The position numbers and the translations under genes were made by a program. The notes beneath the pieces are model-generated. The model did not search any database. It was not told the origin of the DNA and saw nothing but the letters and a program-made list of their open reading frames with translations. From contig JAVECL010000119.1 of NCBI GenBank assembly GCA_051942245.1, positions 1-49,713 of the forward strand: DNA of 49,713 nt, given 5' to 3'. Every line of letters begins with the position of its first letter. Position 1 is the stretch's first letter. This document shows, in pieces, positions 25,703 through 37,300 of this stretch. Source of the stretch: Trypethelium eluteriae. Lineage: Eukaryota.

Positions 25703-26528
25703 GCGACCAGGCCTCCGAGAGTAATAGAGCGAAGGGTGCTGAATCTTCATTTCATCTGCCCACCAGTTCGGCCACGGATCAACTTATATCCGTGATTGAT
25801 CTCCAATCATTGCCTGTTTACGCACCTTGTTTTCCAAGTCAGTTACGCAACCTCGAGAATCGATAAACAAAATCCGACTTCGGATTCAAGAGGTTCAGAG
25901 CTTGAGCTTTCTTTCGGCCTGCTCTTATTGTGAGAATTCCCAGAATTGAATGATCGGACCCAGGTTTGAAATTTCTCTCAAAACCGATTTCCATTTTGTC
26001 GACGATAGATGCAAAATTCTGGAAATTGGAGTCGGTGGATCGAAAGAGAATGTCATGATCTATCGTCTCACAATATATCCTCAGAAATTTCGAAGAATTG
26101 CACGCGCTATAGCAGGATTTTAAAATTACCTGTTGAAAGGGCAAAAGGTATCTATTGTAGCCGCATTTAATACCCTGCTAGCGTCTACGGCGGTCTGTAC
26201 GGTCGAAAGATGTCAATACCGAAAATTGCTAGTCATCTAGAAACATTTGGTAGCGGAAGAAGTAGTGCAAACTCATCGTCTATGCGCTTGACTTAGCAAA
26301 CCTCGATTGGGAGGTTTATTCTTCATGATGATTCTATACGGAGGCTCGCACTAGTTGCTTCCAAATCAATGCTACCGTTTCCGCGTTATAATGGTGCCCC
26401 CGACCTGAAGTCTTCGTCTTATCCACCCCTCATGCCCTTGCACGCCAAACTGGCCGCGCAGAGGCCAAGCTGACAGTACTGCGACAACATCCGACTTCTT
26501 TGCCAAGTTGGAACCGATCGAACGTGGA

Positions 26529-27630
26529 ATGTTGTTGCACCCATTCTATCGAAGAGGTGGTTCATGTCTAAGGCACTGGCCTACTGCTCGCAGTCGTCTC
26601 ACCAATCCTAGAATCGTCGGCGTGCAATATTCTTCCACGAGAACGCCTCCGTTCCCTACTGTTGATACATGTCCTAGCCCAATATGTGCCTGTCGAGAGA
26701 CGCCACGCGAGCTTGACATTGACCAGAAGCTCCCACTCAACAACACCATAGCAAGATACACAGAGCAAGTCCTCATATCTACCGGAAAAGAGGACTGGAC
26801 AAGCCGCATTGAGGACGAAGAGGATAATGCGCTAGCTCGAGGACTGAAGAGTCTACTGGGTAGAGGAGGAAGATATACTGATGTCAGTTCATTTCTCAAT
26901 ACATCGATTGACGCATACTTCAAGTGGTGAAAGCTTTCAAAAGACTGTCTAGACTAATCTTGTATAGCCAAGCTTCAATGTAGCGATCACCAATTCATCA
27001 TTTCCACCCACAACGTCCGCACCTACCCAAAATGCGTCCGCATTTACCTTTCCAAGCTTCAAATACATCCCGACTATTCCGAATGATCCGCAGTCCATCG
27101 AGAGTTTCTTGAAAGCGTTCTTGCTACCAGAGCATGCCCCTCATGGAACTCTGCCTTCCCAAGATACCAGCAAATCCGCCCGCTCGAATACTTCTCAAAG
27201 CGACTTCAAAGACGTGGTCTCCGTAAAGGACATTGTGGTTCTGATATGTGGTCATGGTGGACGCGATCAACGGTGCGGGATACTAGGGCCGCTTTTGCGA
27301 GACGAATTCCTTACGCAACTTCCGCAGCAAGACGTGAAGATTCAGGCTGGACCACCCGAAGCCAAAGAGAGTGTCACGTCGCCCAACGATATATCGGCAC
27401 GTGTTGGACTTATATCACATATAGGTGGCCACAAATTCGCCGGCAATGTGATCATATATACACCACCGAGCATGGGTCACCATCCGCTTGCCGGAACTGG
27501 CATTTGGTACGGTAGAATCGAGCCTCAGCATGTGGAGGGCTTGGTGAAAGAGACCATACTGGGTGGACGCGTGATAAAGGAAAAATTTCGGGGTGGCATC
27601 TCGAGAACCGAAGGCATGTTAAATCTCTGA
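26529..27630 (+). CDS. Sucrase/ferredoxin-like (Aim32/Apd1-type) thioredoxin-like 2Fe-2S protein
   Basis: CPSPICAC, QVLISTGKEDWTSRI; C-x8-C (ICGHGGRDQRCG) and H-x3-H (SHIGGHKFAGN); IWYGRIEP. The Arg-rich N-terminus suggests the mitochondrial Aim32 type. Confidence 0.85.
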
Positions 27631-27755
27631 TTGGACACTAATGTTTAACATCACGATTGGCTTCTATCCGTGTATTCTATTAGACTACCCCGCTCTAGAG
27701 AAATGCATAGACTACTGGACTTGCTTGCGCTTCATCTAGTGTGATTTTCGTAAGA

Positions 27756-29550
27756 TCATGATATCCCCTTTTCGACAATCTTCTCGTTTTGAGGCACTGC
27801 CTTTGATTCTTCGCTCCTCCCTTCACCAACAGCATGATTCGCGTGTGTCAGGTCTTTGGGAGCTCCCTGCTCGGAATTGCTTCCGTGGCCCTGCGTCCCA
27901 ATCTTCAGCCAGGGGACCAAAGCAACACTCAAGGCGGAAGAAGCGGTCGCGAACCAGAAAACTGTTGCATATGGCCACGATGGATCATCGCGATAGTATC
28001 CCGTTTGGCGTAGATCTTTCGATGTGCCGTTGTACAAGGCTGTTGCGACACCGTATCCAAGAGTCATGCATAGCTTTGTCACTGTTTGGAAGAGTCCGCC
28101 AGCAATAGACTGTTGACGAGGTGGGAGCGAGGACAGGACATACATCTAATTCATGTTAGCAGTGAAACCGAAGGATAGTTCGTTCAAAGCGAAGTATACA
28201 TTCGCGACATTAAACTCAAGGTCTGCTCCCACTACGGCAAGAACGAGCGCTGGAAAGAAAAATGCCCAGTAGGAGTCCGACTTTCTGTTCACCGCCATGA
28301 GGAGAAACGAGATTGTGTACGCTGCCGATCCAATATACATCAACAACTGGTTGGAAATCTTGTGCAGCACCAGGCCAGCAAATACCTGGAAAGAGGTCAG
28401 TCAACACCAGGCTTGTCGATGAGGAAAAGATTCTCACTACATTTACAAGGATACCCGAAATGGCCATAGGGAGAAGGTGAAGGGCGGTTTCGAGAGCAGA
28501 GAAATGCCAAACTTCCTGGAAATACAATGAGGCGAAGAATGCAGATACAGGAAAAGACATAAAGCCAAGTAGCAGGATGATAATCACCTGGAGTTAGCGT
28601 CAGGAGAGAACGATTCATGAGGGTGTTGCTTGACTTACAAGGGAAAAGTCTCGATCCCTCCAGATATTCAATGGAACAAGGGGGTACTCAAAGTAATTTT
28701 CCCAGAAAACAAAGGCTATCATGAACACGATGCCCAGAATTAACAGAACAAGGACGTATGAAGTCTTCCAACCATCGGGCGCTGTAGGACCAAGGCTCAA
28801 CGCTGCGGAAAACATCCCAATTCCAGCGATCGTGAGAATGGTGCCCAGCACGTCGAATCTGTAGAGAGCTTCCAGACTTATTCGCTCTTTCTGGGTCGTG
28901 TCTTTTGGGACGGTGAAAATCGCGATGATCGTAAAAGCAAGATATATGATAGCAAGTAGAAAGAAGCTCGCCCTCCAGTTGAAAAGGTCAGTCGCGATTC
29001 CACTCAAGATAGTCCCAAATACAAAGCCCAGCGGGTTGCCAGCGCTGAAACATGCAAATGCATAGTTCTTTCGTTTACTCGGCTGTTCGTAAATGACGCC
29101 TAGCATACCTTGGGCTGGCGGGATGGAGCTGGCTGTCATCAACCCTATGACTCCGTTCAAAACGTCAAGCGTGATTGCGTCTTTAGAAAATCCGGCGGCG
29201 AGACAGAAGACAGCAAAGAGAAAGAGAGATCCGAGAAAAAGCGTTTTTCGTCCGAACAGATCAGCAATCCGGCCGAAGAAGAGTAGAAAGGCACCACCAG
29301 CCAGAGAATTGGCAGAGGTCATCCAGGTAATTTCTGCGGTGGTCATGTTGAGGTCTGCTCCAATGAAGGAGGACACGACAGTTACGCTTCCTTGGGCGAA
29401 TGATCCCATAGCGATGGCCATCGTAGCAGTGAGGACGAAGAGGACCTCCTGCAACGTATTCTTAAAACATTCCGGACGGTTTCCGAGCTTCGAAGGTGTC
29501 GTTCGTTCGTCCTCATTTTGAGCTGCTTCGTTGCGATCACTGTCTGCCAT
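27756..29550 (-). CDS. MFS drug-resistance-type transporter (DHA2-like, multi-exon)
   Basis: RPECFKNTLQEVLFVLTATMA, motif A FGRIADLFGRK, AGNPLGFVFG, FNWRASF, many hydrophobic helices, QQSIAGGLFQT. Confidence 0.9.
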
Positions 29551-30124
29551 GCCACTTGCCACTGAATCGTCTGAAAAGAGATTGGGATAGGACCAGGGAT
29601 ATATTAGGTGCTGAAGCACGCCATGATGATTAAAAATGCATTTTTGGGCGGTCAAGATGGAATTCACAAATTAAAAATTGCTAGCTACTCGTACTACTCT
29701 AAGAGCGGCTTCATTCCGCCAGAGAAGACGACATACGGGAGCTTGGCGCAGCAACTCCGACCGAGGAATCAACGATCAAGAATAGGGGTGTTAAGCCGCC
29801 AAACCAAAGCCTTCCTCCGTAGCTTTATCGCACCAAGCCAAATGCACATTGTTGTATATTAGGCAAGAGACATTCATGATTAATACGCATTGGACTGACC
29901 AAGACGTCGGCGAGGCACACAAGAAAATTCCTGTTTCGATTTCTAATTGGTACCCCACAGGACATTGATATCTTTGTCCAACCATTCTTTACTTACATTT
30001 AAGCTTCCTGGAGGATGTAAAGGTCAAAATTTCGGCCAACGGTGCTGTCAGCGCGCCTTACCGGCTTCGACATTTCTTATTTTCGCGGTTTGGTTTTCGC
30101 GGTCTGGTCTTCGCGGTCTCGTGC

Positions 30125-31300
30125 TTAAGCTGCCGCCCGAACTGGCGCCTCCAGATTTGGTGCTACAAAGTCCTTGAGATCCTGGACCGTAAAATTCTGG
30201 CTGCCTTCGGTTGGCGTGAAGATACGAACCTGCTCGTCCTGCTTGCCATCTTTCCGACGTAAGTAATGTGAGGCTCTTTCGTAAATGGCACCAGTCGTCC
30301 CTTCTGCAGTAAAACGGATAGAAAATGGGTTGCGCTCGTGTTCGAGAATAATAGCTACCAAAACATTTGGCTTAACACCATCTTTCTCCTTGACATTCTC
30401 CTTAAGATACCAATCGATGCCGTATGTTTCCGGACTAGGCCCATTGGTAGGGCTCCCACTGATAGTCCAAGCCGTGTGTTTGGTGTAAGTCTCACTTCCG
30501 GATACTCCGCCAAGTGAACCACCACCGCCTGCTGCTTGTATATTCGGACTCAGATTACCTTGCTTAGTTCGACTCACATCAGCACGAGGCCCACTGGTGT
30601 CTTCTGGTTCGAAAAGGACACATGATGCTGATGGTCTTTGGTTGTCCGCAGAGCCAGCTATAACCTCTATACCGAACCGCGCTTTCTTCAAAATATGATC
30701 CGTATGGTGGAAGTAAATCTGTATGCCAATGAAGCATACAGGCTTGTCTCGACAGGTACCCGATTGCAACTTCCTCAGCACGGCAGAGATCCAAGCTTTT
30801 CCTATCTCAGCTCCACCCACTTGACGATCTAACTGAGCATCGTAGGTCCCAAGCACTTCCGAAGCGATGGGTGCTTCATCAAAATCCCACTCGATCGTGC
30901 CATTGAGAATGGCATCTGTTGAACTTGGGCGCGAAGATTCTTCATTCATCCAGTACCCATGAAAAACAAAAGCAGCCCAGATAGAAAGATTATTCGAGTC
31001 TTCGTCCTCCTTATCGAGAAGCTCAATGATCGCTTTTTGCACAACCTCGGCGATATTGAGAGCATTGGATCTTCCTTGTGCCTTCCACTCTTCAAGGAGA
31101 AGCCTTGCGAATCTGAAACCATGATATTGGCTGATTGTCCAAAGAGTGGATATCGTGGAGCGCGCCCCCCGCAAACAGGAAAGCCGGGATCAGGCCCAAG
31201 TATTCGTCGGTCTTTGCAGCGTGGACTTTGTCACTACCACAAGCTATAAGAATGGCACAACCGCCCGGTTCCAGGGAGATTGCGTTCAACACGGTTGAAA
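30125..31300 (-). pseudogene. Truncated, frameshifted CHAT (caspase-like) protease C-half fused to an intact ~270-aa beta-rich domain
   Basis: ILIACGS...DEYLGLIPAFLFAG/ARSTISTLWTI...WAAFVFHGYW is the CHAT C-terminal signature. It has a +1 frameshift in a G6 run (31165-31170), and no upstream catalytic His-Gly segment was found. The downstream domain is open from ATG 30949 to 30125. Confidence 0.75.
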
Positions 31301-32488
31301 CTCCGACTCCGGAATAGAGCTTTAGCAAGACAATAGTTCTTTTTCTCCAAGCGGCCTGACTACTGCTGTTTGTTTCTGTCCAAAGTCCCTATTGGTCGCC
31401 ATTGTCATGTCGCCTATGCTGTAGTTGCGGGCGTGTATACCTCCCAACTGCTTCATAGATGGCTGCTGTGCTCTGGGGCCTCAAAGATAATCCAAGATAG
31501 ATGGGACTCGGGAGACGGGCAGCTTTACCAAATCTGGTTTGCTTTTGAGCCTCGTCCTCAGAAATGGAGCTGCCACTCTTCTAACAGCATTGGCCGTTGC
31601 TTCGCTTTTGAGCTCCAATAGGACGCTAAGCTCAGGAGGTCACCTTGTCTACTACTTAGCACCCTGGGTGGCGAAGAGTTTCCCTCGAGCTGAAGAACGA
31701 CCTTTTTCGTTCTAGAAAACACGCTTCCAACTTGACACTAAAGTTACAGCGCTAGTACCAGCATCCATGAGCGTAGAGGTAATTTATCCAACCATGGACA
31801 ACCTTCTGAGGGTTGTGGACAAATAAAAGCCTTGCCAGCCAGACTAGCAGAGATTTCTCCTTTAGCAGGCAGACTCATTGAAAGCAGAGCCAGACTATCG
31901 TATGGAGTAACGTCTCTAACGAGTTATATTATAAGTCGACCAAAGACGTAGTGTAGGTGAGATTCCAGATGGTCATGTATCGTCGTAGGACGAACGTGTG
32001 CGAGATTCGCGAGCAAGGTGTGGTGCATTCAGCTGCACACGGAAAAGCAAAGATCGACTCCACATTCTGAACGCCATCACGCAGTGCTCCATCCAATGTT
32101 TTGTGCGCGCTCGTCTCCTCGAAAATCTCAAAGTCCCAAGAGATGAATACGTAGGGAGAGGTAGAGAAGGTGATTTACTTATATAAAAAGACGATGTTGG
32201 TAAGCTGGAGTGATCAACGCGTCCTTTCTCAATACGGCTGGCCTACCAGTTCGCGAATACGGGCGTGAACAGGACCATGATTAAAGAAGAGCCCGCCCAC
32301 TTCTCCGACATTGTGCAGGACCAGAACGAGCATGAGAAGATTTTCGCGCCAAGTTGCTTTAGGAGTGCACAGGGCTGACGGCTGAGCAAGCTTGCTGTGG
32401 CTGCTCTCCTCCCACCTTCACCCTTGTCCAACGTCATGACGATTGAGAACACTCTCTCCGTCTTCGCCTGCCCTAAGAATGGTCTGTG

Positions 32489-33690
32489 ATGGGATCCAAA
32501 GAGCGTGCACCTATCATCGTGCTCGTCTTGGGCAAGACTGGTGTCGGCAAATCAACATTTATCAAAGCTGCAACGGGTCTGGACGTGGAAGTTGGCGACA
32601 CCCTTAAGAGCTGTTCGTTTCCCCAACCGTCAAAGACAAAGCCTCCGCTAGATCTTCGACTAACCGTCTCAAAGGCACTCATGAGGTCCAAATATATCCA
32701 GTGCGGGAGTCACGGATCTTCCTCATCGACACCCCTGGATTCGACGACCCGGCACGCAGCGACACAGACATCCTACAATCCATCGCCTCCTGCCTAGCCG
32801 ATCTTCATGAGGGCCTCATATTCGACTCCGAAGCTGTCAATCTCTCTGGTATAGTCTATATTCACTCCATAAATGATGTGCGCATGACAGGCTCGATGCT
32901 ACAAAACCTCAGGGTGTTCAGGCATTTGGTTGGGAAGAGCAATATGGAGAAATGCGCAATGGTCACAACAAAATGGAGCCTAGAGAATGCGGACACAGCA
33001 GGCAAAAGAGAAGTGGAATTAATTGAGAAAGAGACTTGTTGGCGGAATGACCTGCAGAACGGAGCCACAATCAGACGATTTGAAGATACCAGAGAGTCCG
33101 CACTCGAGGCGATTAGGTCAGTCACGGCTACGGGCGTATTCACGCCGCAATTGGTGCAAGAATATATCATCGAGGGTCGAGCATTACAAGACACAGCCGC
33201 CGGACGCGCGCTCGACGAAGACCTAGCAAGTGCTCGCAAGAAACATCAAGCTGAGCTGGCTACGATGCGAAGTGAATACAATCGTGCGTTTGCAGCGAAG
33301 GATGCAGACACGGCGGCGCAGATCAGGGTCTTATCTGAAAGGAGAGAAGCAAAGCTAAAGGAGATGGACAACGATCTGGAACAATTGCGCGCAACACGAG
33401 ACGAAGCACAGAAGCGTATTGACGAGCTGGAATCTCTCGCCGCTGCTTCTATAATCTCGATCGATCCTGCAGAGCTGAAGTCTGACAGACGGCGCAGAAG
33501 ACAAAAAAGAGCCTTTCGTTGGTTTGGCAGGTTCGCCGCTTTCGGCGGCGCTGTTACAATGACGATCTTGAGCCACGGAGTAATGGCACCGGTCGGTCTT
33601 GGTCTCATAACTGGAGTGGAAGCGATTTTCCAGGAGCAGAAGAATCGCGACGCCGCCGAAAAGTTAGCACGAGAGCAATTTCGAAAGTAA
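32489..33690 (+). CDS. P-loop GTPase (AIG1/MMR_HSR1-like G domain) with coiled coil and C-terminal hydrophobic segment, ~379 aa
   Basis: G1 GKTGVGKS, G2 SCT (intron 32613-32674 in the Cys codon), G3 DTPGFDD, LSGIVYIHSI, G4 TTKWS, DTAAG, coiled coil, tail FRWFGRFAAFGGAVTMTILSHGVMAPVGLGLITGV. Confidence 0.88.
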
Positions 33691-33742
33691 ACAGCGGAGA
33701 ACACTTGAGATCCGCGTCGAAAGACGGCCAGGTGCCGCTATT

Positions 33743-35022
33743 TTACTGCTCGTTCATTTGCGTGACATTGCACTTCGGACATGTCCACTCCCCCTCCGTT
33801 TCGGTTTTCTCGTCCTTGCACGCGAGACATCTCCACCGCAGATGCCAAAAACGCAGCGGGTTTGGTGGAAGCTTTCCCGGTCGTGTTTTTGAGGAGCTTT
33901 TGAGTTCTCGGATCTGACGCTCTAATAGCTCGACCTTGCTTGCGTTGATGAGCCACTGTGCCTCTTCCCTGCTCGCAATCTCCTCTTTCAACCGCTTCTG
34001 TTCTCTTTTCAGCGCATCTTCCATCATCTTGTTCCCTACCTGATCGTTAGTGTACACGATTCAACTTTTCCCTCGGAAGATATCACTCACGCTCTCTCCG
34101 GGCTAACTCAATCTCCTCCCTCAATGCTGCCATTTCTTCCGCGTGCTTCTTGTTTAGTTCGACCAAGGCTTGGTTCAAATAAGCACCCGCATCAGTCTCT
34201 ACAAGTGTCTTGCCTTTTATGACTTCTTCCTGAATCTTTGGGACAAACCTGTCTCTCCCAATATCGAGAATCTCCTCGACCAGCGCACACGCGCTCGCTT
34301 GCGTATTCTCGAATCGCCGGATCTTGGATCCACCCGCGATGTACGGACCCCAGAATCCCTCAGGCGAATCAAGTTCTTTCTCCCGGCGGAGAGCATCGGC
34401 TTCGGGTGTGATGCCCCATTTTGTCGTTGCAAGGATGACGTTCTTGAGATTCTTGTCGCCGCATAGCTTTCGAAACATACGTAGATTAGTAATACTGGAG
34501 CCAGTCATGCGAGCTTCGTTGATCGAGTGGAGGTAGATGATTCCAGATAACAGCATGTCTTCGCTCCATGATTCTTGCATCCAATCCGCGAGGTTGGCGA
34601 GGATATCTGTGTCGCTGCGATCCTTCTGGTTCGTGTCGTTGAACCCGGGCGTGTCGACAAGGATCACGTATTTGTCGCCGACTTTGCAGGGGATTTCCTC
34701 AATGTCGGCTGTACCTGCGCTGGCCGTATCAGAAGGCTTAGAACATTTAGCTATCATCCGGATTCAGTAACTCACATGACTGTAGGCTGTGCCCGATATT
34801 TACTTCTCTTCCGGCAATTTTGCTGATCAAGGTAGATTTGCCGCTACCCGTAGGACCCATAACTGCGATAAGCAGCCGCTGTTGCGGCGCCTTCTTGGGC
34901 AAGAACTCATACGGTGGAGGAGGATTGTTCACATTGTAGTTATGAGGGTCGTATTCAGTTGGAAAAGTTCCCGGAAATATTGGCGACTCGTCGATTTTCA
35001 CATTGTCCAGATTCGTAGACAT
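33743..35022 (-). CDS. Paralogous P-loop GTPase with coiled coil and C-terminal CxxC...CxxC zinc ribbon, ~387 aa
   Basis: Exons 35022-34776, 34714-34091, 34035-33743; GPTGSGKS, SCT, DTPGFND, LSGIIYLHSI, TTKWG, ETDAG; tail WRCLACK...WTCPKCN. Confidence 0.88.
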
Positions 35023-35667
35023 CTTACTTTACGACACATTCAAGAAATGCGCAAACCACTAGGACGCAATTGAAAGGAAAGTCTTTCGCGATGAGCTGCG
35101 TGGCGAAAACGACTCCCCATTATGAATCTTCAGCCGCGCCAGCCCAGCTCACCGAATACTCTAGACCGCGGGGTGTTGATCGACAAAGCGGAAGGGTTGA
35201 GCTTTGCTTTTTCCCACTCGTGCATTGATGAACAGAAATCTGCACGGCGGAAGCATGTCGCAGCCGTTGCGAGGTTCCATAGAGTATGCCAAATCAGGCA
35301 TGAAGCCTTGGCGGAGAGGCTGAGCCGATGAATGAGAACCCACCAAATTTGGACTCTAGAGATCTACATCATCCTCTTACGCGAGATAGCTGCGATGTTA
35401 TGGGATCTCGTATCATTATTTTCGTACCCTCGTCAAGAGATATTTTCTCTCATGCCTCGGCTAGACCTTCAAGGAAACGCTCAAGCCCATGTATGGGGCT
35501 CAGTTGCTCGAGAAAAGAGAAGGCGACGTATTCTACTTTTCTCCACGGCAGTTGGAACATTCAACCAGCAATGAGGATCTAGTATAGAAAGCAGCGAACT
35601 GCCCAGGACAGGATGCCCCAGCATTATCTGAGGGGGAGCAACGGAGCACTGGCTAACCGCCAATCTT

Positions 35668-37300
35668 TTAACATTGAGCTCTCTTTCAAAGCTTCACCTT
35701 TGCCTCTGGGTTCGGAAATACGTATTCGTGAAGCACAACATTCTCTGGTCTCCCCGGATCGACCAGATCGAATTCATAGTCAAGGAGGAATTTCGCGAGA
35801 AGTACCCTAATAGTGTTTGCTGCGAAGAACCTCCCAGGGCAGGAGTATTTTCCGTGCCCAAAATGAAGATTGTCATTACTTATGGTAGCAAACTGATGTT
35901 TGTTAGCCTCGCCAGGGAACAGACGTTTCTGATAATTTCGAAAACCCTCAAAGCAACCAGAGTCCGGTGTTACAGCTTCGTCAACGACGATGGGGTAGAC
36001 AGGCTTTCAAAAATGGACTCCTTGGGGTAGGAGCGTTCCATCAGAGAGCTTGAAGGATTACCTAACAGTGCGCTTGAAGCCGAGAAGGGACGGTGGACTT
36101 AGTCTCTGCGATTCGCGCATGACACTATCGAGTTTTCGAAGCTTGGTGAGTGTAGTCTTCTTGAAGCCCTCATCTTCGTGTAGCACTTGCAGAAGCTCTT
36201 CGCGAAGGGCGGCAATGTATTCAGGTCGATGGCATAGGTCAAAAAACGCCTGCGTCGCTGCCATGGATGTTATGTGGACTGCCGCCGGGGTGAGAATGAG
36301 AAGGCGCTGGGCTAGTCTATTGGGCTGCCCATCGAAATCATTAGCGCCGTCCATCATCTATTGTAGAAAGTCGTTTGACTTGATGCAATGACCTTCCTCT
36401 GCACACAGTTCTGCTTCCCTTCTTTCAATTGCGATGGCAACAATGATCCTCTGAGCTTGTCTCAATGCGCTTGACACTTTCCAAGCGTAGGAGATGAACC
36501 AAGAGATCAGACTTTTAGACCAGTCTGGGAAGATCCTGATCAAGATAATCGTGCGAAAAGTATTTTCAGTATATTTGAGAGCAGTAGAAAGCCACTTCTC
36601 ATCTTGGCATAACGGTGAAGCCACAAAGTGCCTTGCGGCAAAGTGGGATATAAGCCTCAGGATCAAATGGAAAGCTTCTGTAGTCACGCCCTGGTCTGGA
36701 AGTTCGGTCTGAGCTACTGATCGTACTGATCGAAGGAATTGCTTTACCAACTAAGACTGGCAGCTCGGACTCTAACGCCCTTTGCAATTCTTGGTCCGTA
36801 ATTGGGACCAATGTCGCAAGCTTTGGTGTCAACTTTGTTTGTATCGTTTCCGTATGTAAATGTCCTTCGAGAAGGATGCTTGTGGTTGAATACAGTCCCT
36901 CAAAATCCTGAAATTTTTCCAATCTTACACCTTCTGTGGAATCACATCGACACCTGTTTCTGATTGTACTTTGGGAATGACTGTAAGTGTAATCTAGTCC
37001 CGGGCCTGGTAAAGTTTTTCTCGAGCTAGCGGATGTCCAGGTACCGATAGAGTTACCACATCTGACATGGTCGATTGGTGCTTCATCGGCCGGCTGCAAT
37101 TTCGATCCCCTTAATTTTGCGACGGCTGAGTCCAGACATTACCAGTTCCAGCTTACAATAGCATAAAGCTCTTAAACCTTAGACTATCTCGTATTCGCTT
37201 TTTGAAACCGGTTGTAAGCATGATTATAAGGGATAGGCAACCGACTGGTAATCGAATTTCGCCGCAATTCCTTTGTAGCGTCTCCTATCACTGCCTCCAT
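35668..37300 (-). pseudogene. Cytochrome P450 pseudogene (ent-kaurene-oxidase-like secondary-metabolism type)
   Basis: IQTKLTPKL, NDFLQ*MMD, I-helix AAVHITS, K-helix MRESQR, heme motif FGHGKYSCPGRFFA (~35820-35865). In-frame stops at 36358-36360 and 36058-36060, frameshifts near 36750 and 36010; the 5' limit is approximate. Confidence 0.88.

Noticed and set aside
10323..26021. Identical 14-mer GATGCAAAATTCTG at 10323 and 26008
   Set aside because: A few 14-mer matches are expected by chance in 50 kb, and the flanks do not align convincingly.
30125..31174. Possible gasdermin (RCD-1/HET-Q1) next to CHAT
   Set aside because: No recognisable gasdermin motifs; kept only as an unassigned, possibly beta-pore-forming domain.
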